DNA of 64,000 nucleotides from Isurus oxyrinchus. Taxonomy: Eukaryota. Below the pieces are notes generated by a model. The model did not search any database and was not told the DNA's origin. It saw nothing but the letters and a program-made list of their open reading frames with translations. The DNA lies in contig JANJGN010000052.1 of NCBI GenBank assembly GCA_026770705.1, forward strand, positions 620,001 to 684,000, read 5' to 3'. Made by a program: the position numbers and the translations under genes. Positions 25,738 through 36,935 of this stretch are shown piece by piece; position 1 is the first letter of the stretch; each line of letters starts with the position of its first letter.

Positions 25738-26106
25738 CAGAAACGTGAAGCTGGGTTACAGGGTAATAGTTATGGCTCGGACCATTGTCAAATTCTATCT
25801 TGAAAAAATAAGGTCCTGCATCTTCCCGTCTGATGTTGTTTATAATCAGGGAACAGTCGCCATCTTTCAGGTCTCCAGACAGCCGGGTCCGATGGTGGAA
25901 CCGTGGTAACTCGTGACTGTGATCCTTGGAGTGAAAGGCAATGGGAGCCCAGGGAATCTGTTTCTCATTATTAAACCAGACTCCACCTCGCGGTTGGTTT
26001 TCCAAATGTGATGGATAACTGTAATGACATGGAATCTTTACACACGAACCTTCCTGCGCTGTCACCTCTCGTGGAGTGTCACCTTTCCACTCTTGTGACA
26101 GTCCAA
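25738..26106 (-). CDS. Siglec-type V-set exon V3 (type B), gene B; essential Arg replaced by Lys
   Basis: 369 nt open, cag/gt; YFFKIEF (AAG at 25801-25799). Confidence 0.88.
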
Positions 26107-27028
26107 CTGGGGAGAGAAATATCTATATTTAATTCTGGATCCTCAATGTCAACTGAATCTTCATTGTCACTTCATTGTCTAAGGAATCTCTTTGGATCCT
26201 CATTGTCTGAGGGATTATTTCTGATCCAAACCCCATATTGTTGTATTGTTGATTCCGATGCAGCATTGTAGACTGACTTGTCCCCAAGCTCAGCACTGAC
26301 CCTACGCCAGCAGACACTGTGAAACACACTAACAAAGCGCCTCTAGCCTGAGCTCTGCATGTGTTGAGAGAAAGACAAATATACAAACTGAATATTGACA
26401 CCTTTACACACGGACAGCTTTACCTTCCTTCTCTCTTTCAGTTATCTTGCTCCCTTATTGAAGTATCTAGCAAGGTGAGAATGGACAGGAAGTGTGACAC
26501 TGAACAGCCTGTCTATTCTAGGAGCTGCTGTGTTGTCTTCATGGGAAATTCTGACTAAAATCAGCAAAAGACACTAATTTCAGGCCATTGCTGTCAGACC
26601 CTCAGCATCAAGATAGACTTCATCCCCTGAATTTTGTGTTTGATTTTCTACTCAAACTTTCACCTCCGCACACACCCACCCCGACCCCACAAGTCACTCG
26701 CTGACCTACACTGGCTCCCAGTCCAGCAATGCCTCGATGTGATTATTTTCACACTTGATTTCCAATCCCTCCATCACTCCGCTCCACTCCCTGTCTCTGT
26801 AACCTCCTCCAAACCTACAACCCTCTGTGATCTCTGCACTCCTCCAATTCTGCTGTCAGACAGGGAGTCAGTGTATATCAGTGAGCACAGGGGTGATGGA
26901 TGAATGGGACTTGGTGTGAGATTGTACACTGGCTCACTGCTGAATCAGTTGCCAATCACAGCTCAATAAGAATGGTCTTTTACAAAGACTATTAACCATA
27001 AATCTGTCCAAGCTGACAATGATATTAC

Positions 27029-27068
27029 CTTGGAGAAGTGACAGGAGGAAGTAAGATTTCCCGATCAT
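27029..27068 (-). CDS. Leader exon of gene B (MIGKSYFLLSLLQ)
   Basis: acgATG, 40 nt, G|gtaata donor; joins V3 as ...LLQ-VGLS-QEWK, a plausible signal peptide. Confidence 0.82.
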
Positions 27069-27512
27069 CGTCCACTCTCAGGTATTTCATTCGCTCTCAA
27101 ACTGTGAAAGAGAAAGGAGTTAATGAGACCTCACCTCTTGTCTGACAGCTCTCGAGAGATCAGAACTGCTTTTAGACAATGTCTTCACAGACCTAATTTG
27201 ACTCTCTGTGGGATGAAAGGTGCTCTGTAGAGAGTTACAAGGCTTTAAGGAAGAAAAACAACAATGAACTTGCATTTCTATAGCACCTTTCACCACCTCA
27301 GGATGTCCCAAAGCTCATGTCTCTGCACTTCCCTCATCCCTTGAGCTAGAAAGATGTTCTGTACAACAGACTTGAGCCTCACACTCGGATCTCAATAATC
27401 AGCAGAAATCTTTCAAAGGCATCAATCATTGGAATCTCTCTTTATAAAGTCATAACATCAACAAAGGACGGTGTTGGTGGTGGAAGTGAATTCCAGTCGT
27501 TCCGTTACTTAC

Positions 27513-27652
27513 CCAGGACCTGTCCGACTGCTCGCCTGGGGAGGAACTGCCCACACGCTCTGCTTGGGCTGAATGACCTCTTCCTGTGCTGCTCCCTCTG
27601 TGTGTTTAATTAGAAAGGGTTGATGTGTCTCTGTGAGACAAAATGAGGAAGT
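27513..27652 (-). promoter_or_regulatory. Candidate promoter (PU.1/Spi site AAAATGAGGAAGT at 27640-27652) and non-coding exon 1 of gene B
   Basis: Motif match plus TGG|gtaagt donor at 27512. Confidence 0.55.
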
Positions 27653-27879
27653 CAGATCAAAGTGACAGAGCAGCTGATGTTTAGAGTTTTTTGAAGCTGT
27701 TAACCCTTTGCGTTCTGGACTTGTGATGATATTTCTGCTCAAAAGTGGAAAGTCATTGACCAGGAATTTCTCCTGTGGGTCACTGGGTTTCGAACCCTCT
27801 CTCGCTCTCTGAGTGGATGGTCACCTGTTCGAGATTCATTTGGCAAAATTCAGGCTGGCAAACCAGATCAGCACTCAGT

Positions 27880-28552
27880 GTCAGGACTGAGAGTCCTGCA
27901 CAATCGGAGGGTCAGTACTGAGAGAGAGCTGCACTGTTGGAGGGTGAGTATTGAGGGAGTGCTGCATAGTCAGAGGGTCAGTACTGAGGGAGTGCTGCAA
28001 GGTCAGAGGGTCAGTGCTAAGAGAGAGCTGCATTGTCAGAGGGTCAGTACAGAGGGACTGCTGCACAATCGGAGCGTCAGTACTGAGGGAGTGCTGCACT
28101 GTCAGAGGGTCAGTACTGAGGGAGTACTGCACTGTTGGAGGGTCAGTACTGAGGGAGTGTTGCACTGTGAGAGGGTCAGTACAGAGGTAGAGCTGCACTG
28201 TCAGAGGGTCAGTACTGAGGGAGTGCTGCACTGTCAGAGGGTCAGTACTGAGACAGAGCTGCACTGTCAGATGGGCAGTACTGAGGGAGTGTTGCACTGT
28301 GGGAGGGTCAGTACTGAGAAGTGCTGCACAGTCGGAGGGTCAGTACTGAGGGAGTGCTGCACAATCGGAGGGTCAGTACTGAGGGAGTGCTGCACTTTCG
28401 GAGGGTCAGTACTGAGGGAATGCTGCACTGTTGGAGGGTCAGTACCGAGGGAATGCTGCACCGTCGGAGTGTCAGTACTGAGGGAGTGCTGCACTGCTGG
28501 AGGGTCAGTACCGAGGGACTGCTGCACTGTCGCAGGCTCAGTACCGAGGGAA
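27880..28552 (+). repeat. 33-bp minisatellite array (~20 units), inner end of left arm
   Basis: Visible tandem units. Confidence 0.92.
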
Positions 28553-28679
28553 TGTAAACCGAACCCATTGGTCAACTAAAATAGTGACAAGGGTTGAATA
28601 AACTGGTGATGAGGTGAAAAACAAGGAAGAAAAAGCAAGGAATGAAAGCAAGCAAATTGAAATCTGGCCGTGCCTCGCA

Positions 28680-31150
28680 CAGTGATTATAAATATAATTT
28701 CCATCCTAATAACCGAAGCAGTCCCCTCGAAGAATGCTGCAGTTTGGAAGAGTTGATCCTTTCGACCCAACGGTGGGTGATTGGTCTCATTATGGTGAAC
28801 TTCTCGCGTTCTTTTTCCAAGTGAAAGACATTGATGGGGAGGAGAAGAGGCGAGCAACCCTCTTATCCACGTGTGGCAGTAAGATTTAGGGATTGATGCG
28901 AACTTTAATGTCACCCGGTGCCATGGATTCAAAAAGTTTAGATGATATAGTGAACCTTGTGAAGATTCCTTCCCAGCCCCAGCCCTCGGTAATGATGCAA
29001 CAGTCCAAATTTAACTCAAGAAATAGAGTCCCAGGGGAGGCAGCTGCATGTTATGTGGAAAGTCTGAAACAGTTAACAGGACATTGTGAGTTTGGTAATT
29101 CTATAAATGATATGCTGAGAGATCGACTGGTGTGCAGTATAAATGAAGATGCGATTCAGAAGAGATTACTGTCTGAAACAGATTTGGATATTCAGAAGGC
29201 TCTGGGAAGAGTGCTGGCTATGGAAAGAGCAGTGAGGGACTCGAAAAACATATGGAGAGTGCAAAATGTCACCGTCCTCATGTTGGGTGAGGAGCCTCAG
29301 CCAAGAAGTGCGGGAAAATGTACAGCTCTGATGAGAAACGGGAAACCTCCACCACTAGCAGCAAATAAAAAGGAATGACTTAGCAGAGAAAACATGGAAT
29401 AATGGGAACAGAGGTGAAGCAGACAACCTCGTAGAATGGAACTTTAAAAAAATCAATTGTTTTTACTGTCATCGAAACAGAGAGCCCATGAGAGATTGCA
29501 AGGATAGAATCAGGCAGAGTTTCAATCAAGAGAGAAAACCCTGTGAGATCCATAACATAGAAGAGCCTGAAGTAACAGATTCAGATAGTTATTCATTGTA
29601 TAATTTAAAGGTAGGAAGAACAGAGCCAATCTATGTAACAGTGAGGGTGAATGATAGAGCTCTCAGAATGGGGGTGGATACAGGAGCTAACACTACGCTA
29701 ATTGGTGAGCATACTTTCAAATACTGGAATCATGGGGAAAGTCAATTAAATTTGGAAGAAACAGATGACTAACTGAAAACTTACACGGGAGAAGACATTC
29801 AAGCCAAAGACATAAGCAGGGTTATTATACAGTATGGAAGTCAATCAGTAAAATGACCCTTGATGATGGGAGCTGGTGAGGGACCAAGCCTCCTTGGACA
29901 AAACTGGCTGAAAGATATTAAACTGGATTGGTCTGAGATCTTCCAACTGAGAGCCAGTGGGCTACCTGAGCTACTACAAAAATACATCTCAGTTTTCCAA
30001 GATGAACTCGGGGAGATCCAGGGGCTGCAAGCAAAAATTCATGTGGATCCAGACTCTACCCCTCTGATTTATGAAGGCACGACCAGTACCTTATGCAATG
30101 TGGGAAAAGGCAGATGCTGAATTGGGCAGGTTCTAGAAACTGGGAGTGATACAATCTGTGCTGTCCTCAGAATGGGCAGCACCAATAGTCCCTGGACCTG
30201 AGCCTGGCCAAAGTGTTTGTGGAGATGACAAGAATTGACTGGAACGGCCTACACGGAGCTGATATGAGCCATGCTTATCAACAATTGGAGTTCGAGAAGG
30301 CCTCCCAGAAGTTTGTCACAATTAATACACACAAAGGGTTGTATCAATAAACCGGTTTGCCTTTCAGAGTCTCCTCTGCAGGATCACAGAGTCTTAATGG
30401 CACAGCAGGAGGCCATTCAGCCCATCGTGTCTATCCCAGCTCTCCAAATGAGCATCATGACCTAGTGTCATTGCCCTGCCTTTCCCCATGCCCCTGCACC
30501 TTTTCTCTATCCAAATAACCATCTAATGCCCTCCTGAATGCCTCGATTGAACCTGCCTCCACAACACTTCCAGGCCGTGCATTCCAGGCCCAAAACTTAG
30601 TTGTGTGAAAAAGTTTTTTCTCACGTCACATTTGCAACATCAGTCATGCTAAATGTCAGCGGGAAGGTGGAAAGGAGTCCAGGAAGACAGGAAACTGGAC
30701 ATGACTGGCATAGCCATGACAGGAAGCTGACCGTAGGAGAGACGGTATATGTGAAGGATTTTATAGAAGGGCCAAAGTGGTCACCGGGTGAAATAAATGC
30801 AGCGATTGGAACTCTTTCTCACCATGTGAAAGTGGAAGACCGAGTCATATGGAGACATGTGGGTCATATAAGGAGGAGAGAAACAAAGTACCAAGAAACA
30901 ATCCCACCAGTCTTCACGGCTGCGTCTATGTCTCCTGTTGAAAGAACTCAGCTGAGAACAGATGTGTCTGAAGGGTCTGTTGTACCTGCAAGAGTTGAGG
31001 AAACAGGTTTGCAGGTGTCCACCGAAGAAGCTGGTGTTGGGACAACATCAGAAAAGGAGACTCCTGACAAAGCATCTGAATCTGTGGATCTGAGACGTTC
31101 CAGACGCATAAGGAAACCCCCCAGAAAGACTGAATTTGTAAATTACTGAT
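28680..31150 (+). mobile_element. Degenerate Ty3/Gypsy LTR retrotransposon (gag, protease, RT fragment, integrase C-terminus), with a short LINE/SINE tail inserted at ~30385-30635
   Basis: MLRDRLVCSINEDAIQKRLL gag, VDTGA protease, GPSLLGQNWL, YVKDFIEGPKWSPG. Confidence 0.85.
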
Positions 31151-32065
31151 CTGTGTAAATCATTTGATACTTTGAGAAAATTTTAAAAGTAAGTGTAAAA
31201 TGTATTTCTGAGTAAAGGGGGAGGGTGGTGGTAATCTGATGTGTGATATACCTTTAAGAAGAAGGTTACAATGGAAGATAACATGAGCTCAGTGTTGTGG
31301 TGTGTTCTCAGAATCAACCTCAGGCCTGGCTAAAAACAGAACTCTACCCATTACAGGGAAACCATCTTTTTTGTTCACAGTGTTAGTCACGTACACATTG
31401 GGTTATTTAAATTCAAATCTTGTCAGTACATAATCACATAATAAGCAGATGTTCCCAGTCCCAGGTACATATCTGCTCATTACCCAAGCAAGAACTGTTT
31501 ATCTCGTTCTAGCCTGGTGCTGTTTGCCTTTACCTGATCTGTTTACCCTCAGCATCTCTTTATGTCTCTTCTCGAGTTAATCCCTCGTGATCTTCAAGGC
31601 CTTTCTGGAGAGTTCTGCTGATGTCAGCCCCATGGTGCACAAGGTTCACCTGGAGAATTCTGCTGACCTTTGGTTTTCACTAATAGAAGTCCCTGTTTAA
31701 CTCTTATATCAGTGTCCAACAGCCGAGTGGCGCAGGTACCTCAGTAGTCGGTCACCTTTGGTTAGAGCCTGTAATGCGGAGACAGGGCTTGAGTTGAAAG
31801 CACACAAGTGTAGCTGCTGAGTTCCTTTGTAAATAAGCAGAATATGTTTCATCTAAGAACTGTCTGCTGATCTACTCTGTCTATTGTACCTACTCAGCCT
31901 CTCCAAAACAAGCCTGGATCCATAAGTCCCAACAAACTCGTGAGCAGCATCCAACAGTATCAATAATTAATGTATGTATTGTGGGTGGAATTTTCGATTT
32001 GGATCAATAATACTAAACACTGATCACTCTGATTGTCACTCTGATCATTTCTGTTTCTATTACAG

Positions 32066-32182
32066 AAGAAAGATGAGAAGGATCTGGAAATGAAATCTAA
32101 CCGCGGAGTCAATCCTGATACAGATGATGATCTTTACGCAAATTGTGATTTTGCCAAGGATTCTGTTTATGGGAATTTATAA
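32066..32182 (+). other. Orphan cytoplasmic terminal exon: KKDEKDLEMKSNRGVNPDTDDDLYANCDFAKDSVYGNL*
   Basis: Strong acceptor tttctgtttctattacag, phase-0 frame open to TAA, two acidic tyrosine motifs; no upstream plus-strand exons seen. Confidence 0.6.
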
Positions 32183-33289
32183 ACTGAGCAAGAATGAGAC
32201 ACACACAGTGTGGGGAGAATACAGAACGGGAGAATCATTCAAAACTCCAATTTACCTTCCTAATATCCACAGGAACTCACTCCCAGGAAATAGATTTAAA
32301 CCTCTTGTTACAATCTGATGGAATTTCTTCGGAATGATCTATCCAGGATGATTGTCTGTGGGTGTCAATTTGAACATCCTCCTTCAGAATTGTCCCTCAC
32401 TGTTGGAAACATCCTTCTCTCCATTCTGATTGTAAATATCTTTAGATATCGTTCGATGATGTACCAGGACAGAACGGACAAATTCAATCCCGTGTCCGTG
32501 ATTATGAGTTAATTTTCATTCTGTTATTCACCTTCCTGTCTGTCAGTGTTTACAGAATATTCATCAGCCAGTGCAGACTTCAGGAAATGCAGGATCGGTG
32601 GATAATTGGAACAGAGGAGATTGGTAAAATTTACACCATTTTGTAGTCAAATGTATTTTCAGAAATATATTTGGATTTTACACTTCATTGTTAAACAGCG
32701 AAACGAACAACAATCTGGGATACAATTTGATTGGAGATTTGAGAAATTCTCTGCAGCTTAGAGGATAACATGTGCTACAGTGCCACCAATGATGGGAGTT
32801 CATCAGTACAACGTGACATGTTTACATTGATATAGCCAATGAACATTGGAAATTATGATGTGAAAAATTGGTTGCAGGTTTATCTTCTTCAATATATCAT
32901 GGATGGATGAGACAGCTTTGATAACAGAATGAGATAGAGCTCCAATAAACCATCATTTTAGTCTTTCACACTTGGAGAGTACAATTAGCATCCATTCTGA
33001 AGGCTGAGTGGATTGGTGGACTGTGTGATGTGTTACAGATTACAGAGACCAACATCCTTGATCCTGGTTCCGCTCTGTGTTTGATGAGATGCTTGGATCA
33101 AAGATTGGGAAAATAAATAATCCTCCTGCATTGATCTATAACTGGTCATTTCCTCTATCAGTGCCCTGAGGACAGAATTGGGTTCGATGTCCAAAATCAG
33201 ACACATGCTTTAACTGCCCATTGAATAGGAACAGGAGGAGGTCTTCAGCCCCCTCGAGCCTGCTACACAGGAACAAGAGAGTACCTGAA

Positions 33290-33500
33290 ATAAAAACAGA
33301 AAATGCTGGAGAAACTGAGTAGGTCTGGCAGCATCTGTGCAGAGATAAACAGAATAATAATTTCGAGTCCGTATGACCCTTTTTCAGATTCTCAAAGCAA
33401 AAACTCTGTTTTTCTCTCCACAGCTGCTGCCAGACCTGCTGAGTTAATGCAGCATTTTCCGTTTTTATTTCAGATTTACAGCATCTGCAGTATTTATTTT
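33290..33500. mobile_element. Penelope-like inverted terminal fragment
   Basis: Same family as 22305 and 35141, more diverged. Confidence 0.55.
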
Positions 33501-33504
33501 TAAT

Positions 33505-34110
33505 GAGAGGAGGACATTCAGCACCTGAGCCTGTTACACAGGAACAGGAGGAGGCCCATTCAGACCCCTCGGGCCTGATACACAGGAACAGCAGGAGGCC
33601 CATTCAGCACCTGAGCCTGTTACACAGGAACAGGAGAAGGCCCATCAGCCTCATGAGCCTATTACACAGGAACAGGAAGAGGACATTCAGTCTCTCAACA
33701 CCCTTCAACAGGAACAGGAGAGACTCTCAGCCCCTCGAGCCTGTTACACAGGAAAAGGAGGAGTCCTATTCAGCCCCATAGAGCCTGTAACACAGGAACA
33801 AGAGGAGGCCATTCAGTCACCTTAGCCTGTTATCCAGGAACAGGAAGAGCACATTCAGTCTCTCAACCCTCTTACACAGGAATAGGAAACCCATTCAGCC
33901 CCTTTAGCCTTTTACACAGCAACAGGAGGAGGCCCACTCAGCCCCTCAAGCCTATAACACAGGAACAGGAGGAGGCCCACTCAGCCCCTCGAGCCTATAA
34001 CACAGGAACAGGAGGAGGCCCATTCAGCCCCCTCAAGCCTGTTACACAGGAATAGGAGGAGGCCCATTCAGCCCCATCAAGCCTGTTACACAGGAACAGG
34101 AGGAGGCCCA
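33505..34110 (+). repeat. ~43-bp minisatellite (CACAGGAACAGGAGGAGGCCCATTCAGCCCCTCGAGCCTGTTA)
   Basis: About 14 visible units; unit resembles the CR1 3'-terminal sequence seen once at ~52130-52180. Confidence 0.88.
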
Positions 34111-34245
34111 TGCAGCCCAAGCAGAGCGTGTGGGCAGTTCCTCTCCAGGCGAGCAGTCGGACAGGTCCTGGGTAAGTAACGGATCGATTGGAAATCACGG
34201 GGGGAGTTCTGAGGGCTCCTAATCCATTGTCCTGTCTTCTAAATC

Positions 34246-34558
34246 AGCACCTTAATACTGACCCTTCAACAGTGCGGCACTCCCTCAGTACTGATCCTCC
34301 AACAGTGCAGCACTTCCTGATTAATGTCCCTCTGACAGTGCAGCACTCCCTCAGTACTGACCCTCCAACAGTGCAGCACTCCCTCAGTACTGATCCTCCA
34401 ACATTGCAGCACTCCCTGATTAATGTGCCTCTGATAGTGCAGCACTCCCTCAGTACTGACCCTCAAACAGTGGAGATCTCCCTCAGTACTGACCTTACAA
34501 TAGTGCAACACTCGCTCAGTAATGACCATCCGACAGTGCAGCACTTGCTCAGTACTGA
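34246..34558 (-). repeat. 33-bp minisatellite array, inner end of right arm
   Basis: Reverse-complement units. Confidence 0.88.
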
Positions 34559-35140
34559 CACTGGGGAATTTCAGTCTACTCTGTGGGGCAGACGTCCCCT
34601 GAATGGGGTCTTGAATCCCGCAACATTCTGACCCCCTGAATTTGGCTGTGAAAACCATTGACCCACAGGAAAAACTCCTGGTCAATGACTGTCCACCTGT
34701 GAGCAGAAATATCATCACAGGGTCAGGACACAAACGGGTAACAGTTCACCAACATCTCAAAACATGAGCTGCTCTGTCACTTTGATCCAACTTCCTCATT
34801 TTGTCTCACAGTGACACATCCACCCTTTCTAATTCATTTCTAATCCATTTCTAATTTTAGACATTGTCTAAAAGCAGTTCTGATCTCTCGAGAGCTGTCG
34901 GACAAGAGGTGAGGTCTCATTAACTCCTTTCTCTTTCACAGCTTGAGAGTGAGAAGTGGATGGAATATCTGGGAGTGGACGATGATCGGGAAATCTTACG
35001 TCCTCTTGTCACTTTTCCAAGGTAATATCATCATCAGCTCAGACAGATTTATGTTTAACAGTCTTTGTAAAAGATCATTCTTATCTCTTAATCTCTGAAA
35101 CCTCCTGCAACTCAACCAAACAACTTCCCAGATCTCTGTG

Positions 35141-35355
35141 ATGAAAACAAAGAAAACTGCGGATGCTGGAAATCCAAAACAAAAACAGAATTACCTGGAA
35201 AAACTCAGCAGGTCTGGCAGCATCGGCGGAGAAGAAAAGAGTTGACGTTTCGAGTCCTTCTGTCGAAGGGTCATGAGGACTCGAAACGTCAACTCTTTTC
35301 TTCTCCGCCGATGCTGCCAGACCTGCTGAGTTTTTCCAGGTAATTCTGTTTTTGT
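35141..35355. mobile_element. Young Penelope-like insertion with 80-bp inverted arms and a target-site duplication
   Basis: Arms 35179-35258 and 35276-35355; CCCAGATCTCTGTG at 35127-35140 and 35356-35369. Confidence 0.75.
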
Positions 35356-36802
35356 CCCAGATCTCTGTGTTACTCCAATTCCGGCCTCTTGACCATCCCC
35401 CGATTCCCATCACTCCAATACTGGCGGCCGGGCCTTCAGCTGCCTGGGGCCTGAGCTCTGGAATTCACTCCCTAAACCTCGGGATGTAGGAGATCAGAGG
35501 GTTTCATTTTACTGAGAATCACCACGACCACATCACAGCTGCAGTGAGAATAGACAGAGAGTCCAGCCTTCACACTTCCTGTACAGTTTCACCATAGCAA
35601 CCACAATATGGAAATTTAAAAATACTGAAAGTTAAACTGAAGCTCCACCAGTCAGTGTAGAGAGTTGAGATGTTTACACAGTTTCCCTGTGTATCTTGTA
35701 GACACTGTGTTGGGTGGAAGACTGGCTTCACTAAACAGGGTCCTGAGGACCATGAGCCAATGTAGAATGAACTTGTCCACTCCTGTGTCCAGGAATCTCT
35801 TCCATCCATTGTGAAAACTTCGGGAGTTCCTTGTGTGTCCTGTAGATGGTCCACACTGCAGCCACTGTGCCCCAGTGATGGAGGGAGTGGATATCAAGTC
35901 TAGTGGATCTATAAACCATCCAGAGTTAAATATTGACATTTCTCTCCCCAGTTGGACTGTCACAAGAGTGGAAAGGCGACACTCCATGAGAGGTGGCAGC
36001 GCAGGAAGGTTCGTGTGTACAGATTCCATGTCATTACAGTTAATCATCACATTTCGTAGGGAGATCACGTGTTGGAATCTGGTTGAAAGGAAGAGATGGG
36101 AACCCACAGCCTAAATGGTCTATAGCCTTTCATTCCGAGGGTCACAGTCACAGGGATCAAAGATTCCGCCATCGTACCCGGCTGTCTGGAGACCTGAAAG
36201 ATGGCGACTGTTCCCTGATTATAAACAACATCAGACGGGAAGATGCAGGACCTTATTTTTTTCAGAATAGAATTTGACAACAGGAATAGATACAACTATT
36301 ATCCTGTAACCCAGCTTCACGTTTCTGGTAAGTGCTGTGTTATAATTACTCAACAATTCACATTCAACACTCAATGGGAAATAACACAAACTGTGACGTT
36401 TACATATTAACACAAAACACAGCTTATTATAACACACTGTCTGATTCTCAATAACCTGGTGATAGCTTCCAGTTCAGTCCTAAAGCAACCGCTAATACTC
36501 ACTTTAATATCAATGATGAAAAGCATTAACTGTATTATCAGGTTATCCACTCCCATCAATCTCTCCTGTCCTGTTTGAAAGTCTGACGTATCGATAAAAG
36601 AAAGATGTGCATTTCTGCAACGCAATTTACCACCTCAGGAGGATCCAAATCCCTTCACAGCCAATGAAATTATTCCTGAATTGTAGTCACAGATGTTAAA
36701 CACAGCAGGCAGTTTGTGCACAGCAAGATCCAACAAACCACAATGTAATAAATCACCCAGATCACTGAGGAAATGAGAAGCCAGTGAACTCAAACCTCTG
36801 GT

Positions 36803-36935
36803 CTGATGAAGAGTCATACAGACTCGAAACGTTAACCCTGTCTTCCTCTCCACTGATACTGTCAGACCTGCTGAGTCTTTCCAGCAATTTTTGTTTTTGT
36901 TTCAGATTTCCAGCATCCACAGTATTCTGCTTTTA
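36803..36935 (+). mobile_element. Penelope-like fragment with a minimal hammerhead-ribozyme-like core
   Basis: CTGATGA-A-GAGTC-ATACA-GACTC-GAAAC-GTTA; flanked by a near-repeat AACTC..CTCTGGTCTGA; empty site at ~50825-50842. Confidence 0.6.

Noticed and set aside
26424-26500. Candidate first/leader exon ending GAAG|gtaaag (copies at 19450 and 43380)
   Set aside because: No signal-peptide frame (in-frame TGA), donor is GC in two copies, and the real leader lies at 27029-27068
27878-28579. Long ORFs with 11-aa Cys/His repeats (EGVLHCQRVST, LRECCTVGGSV), resembling zinc-finger or keratin-associated proteins
   Set aside because: Translation of a 33-bp minisatellite that is open in several frames on both strands; no splice or start context
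33505-34110. Regular repeats resembling a CRISPR array
   Set aside because: Head-to-tail units with no unique spacers, eukaryotic context, unit resembles a LINE tail
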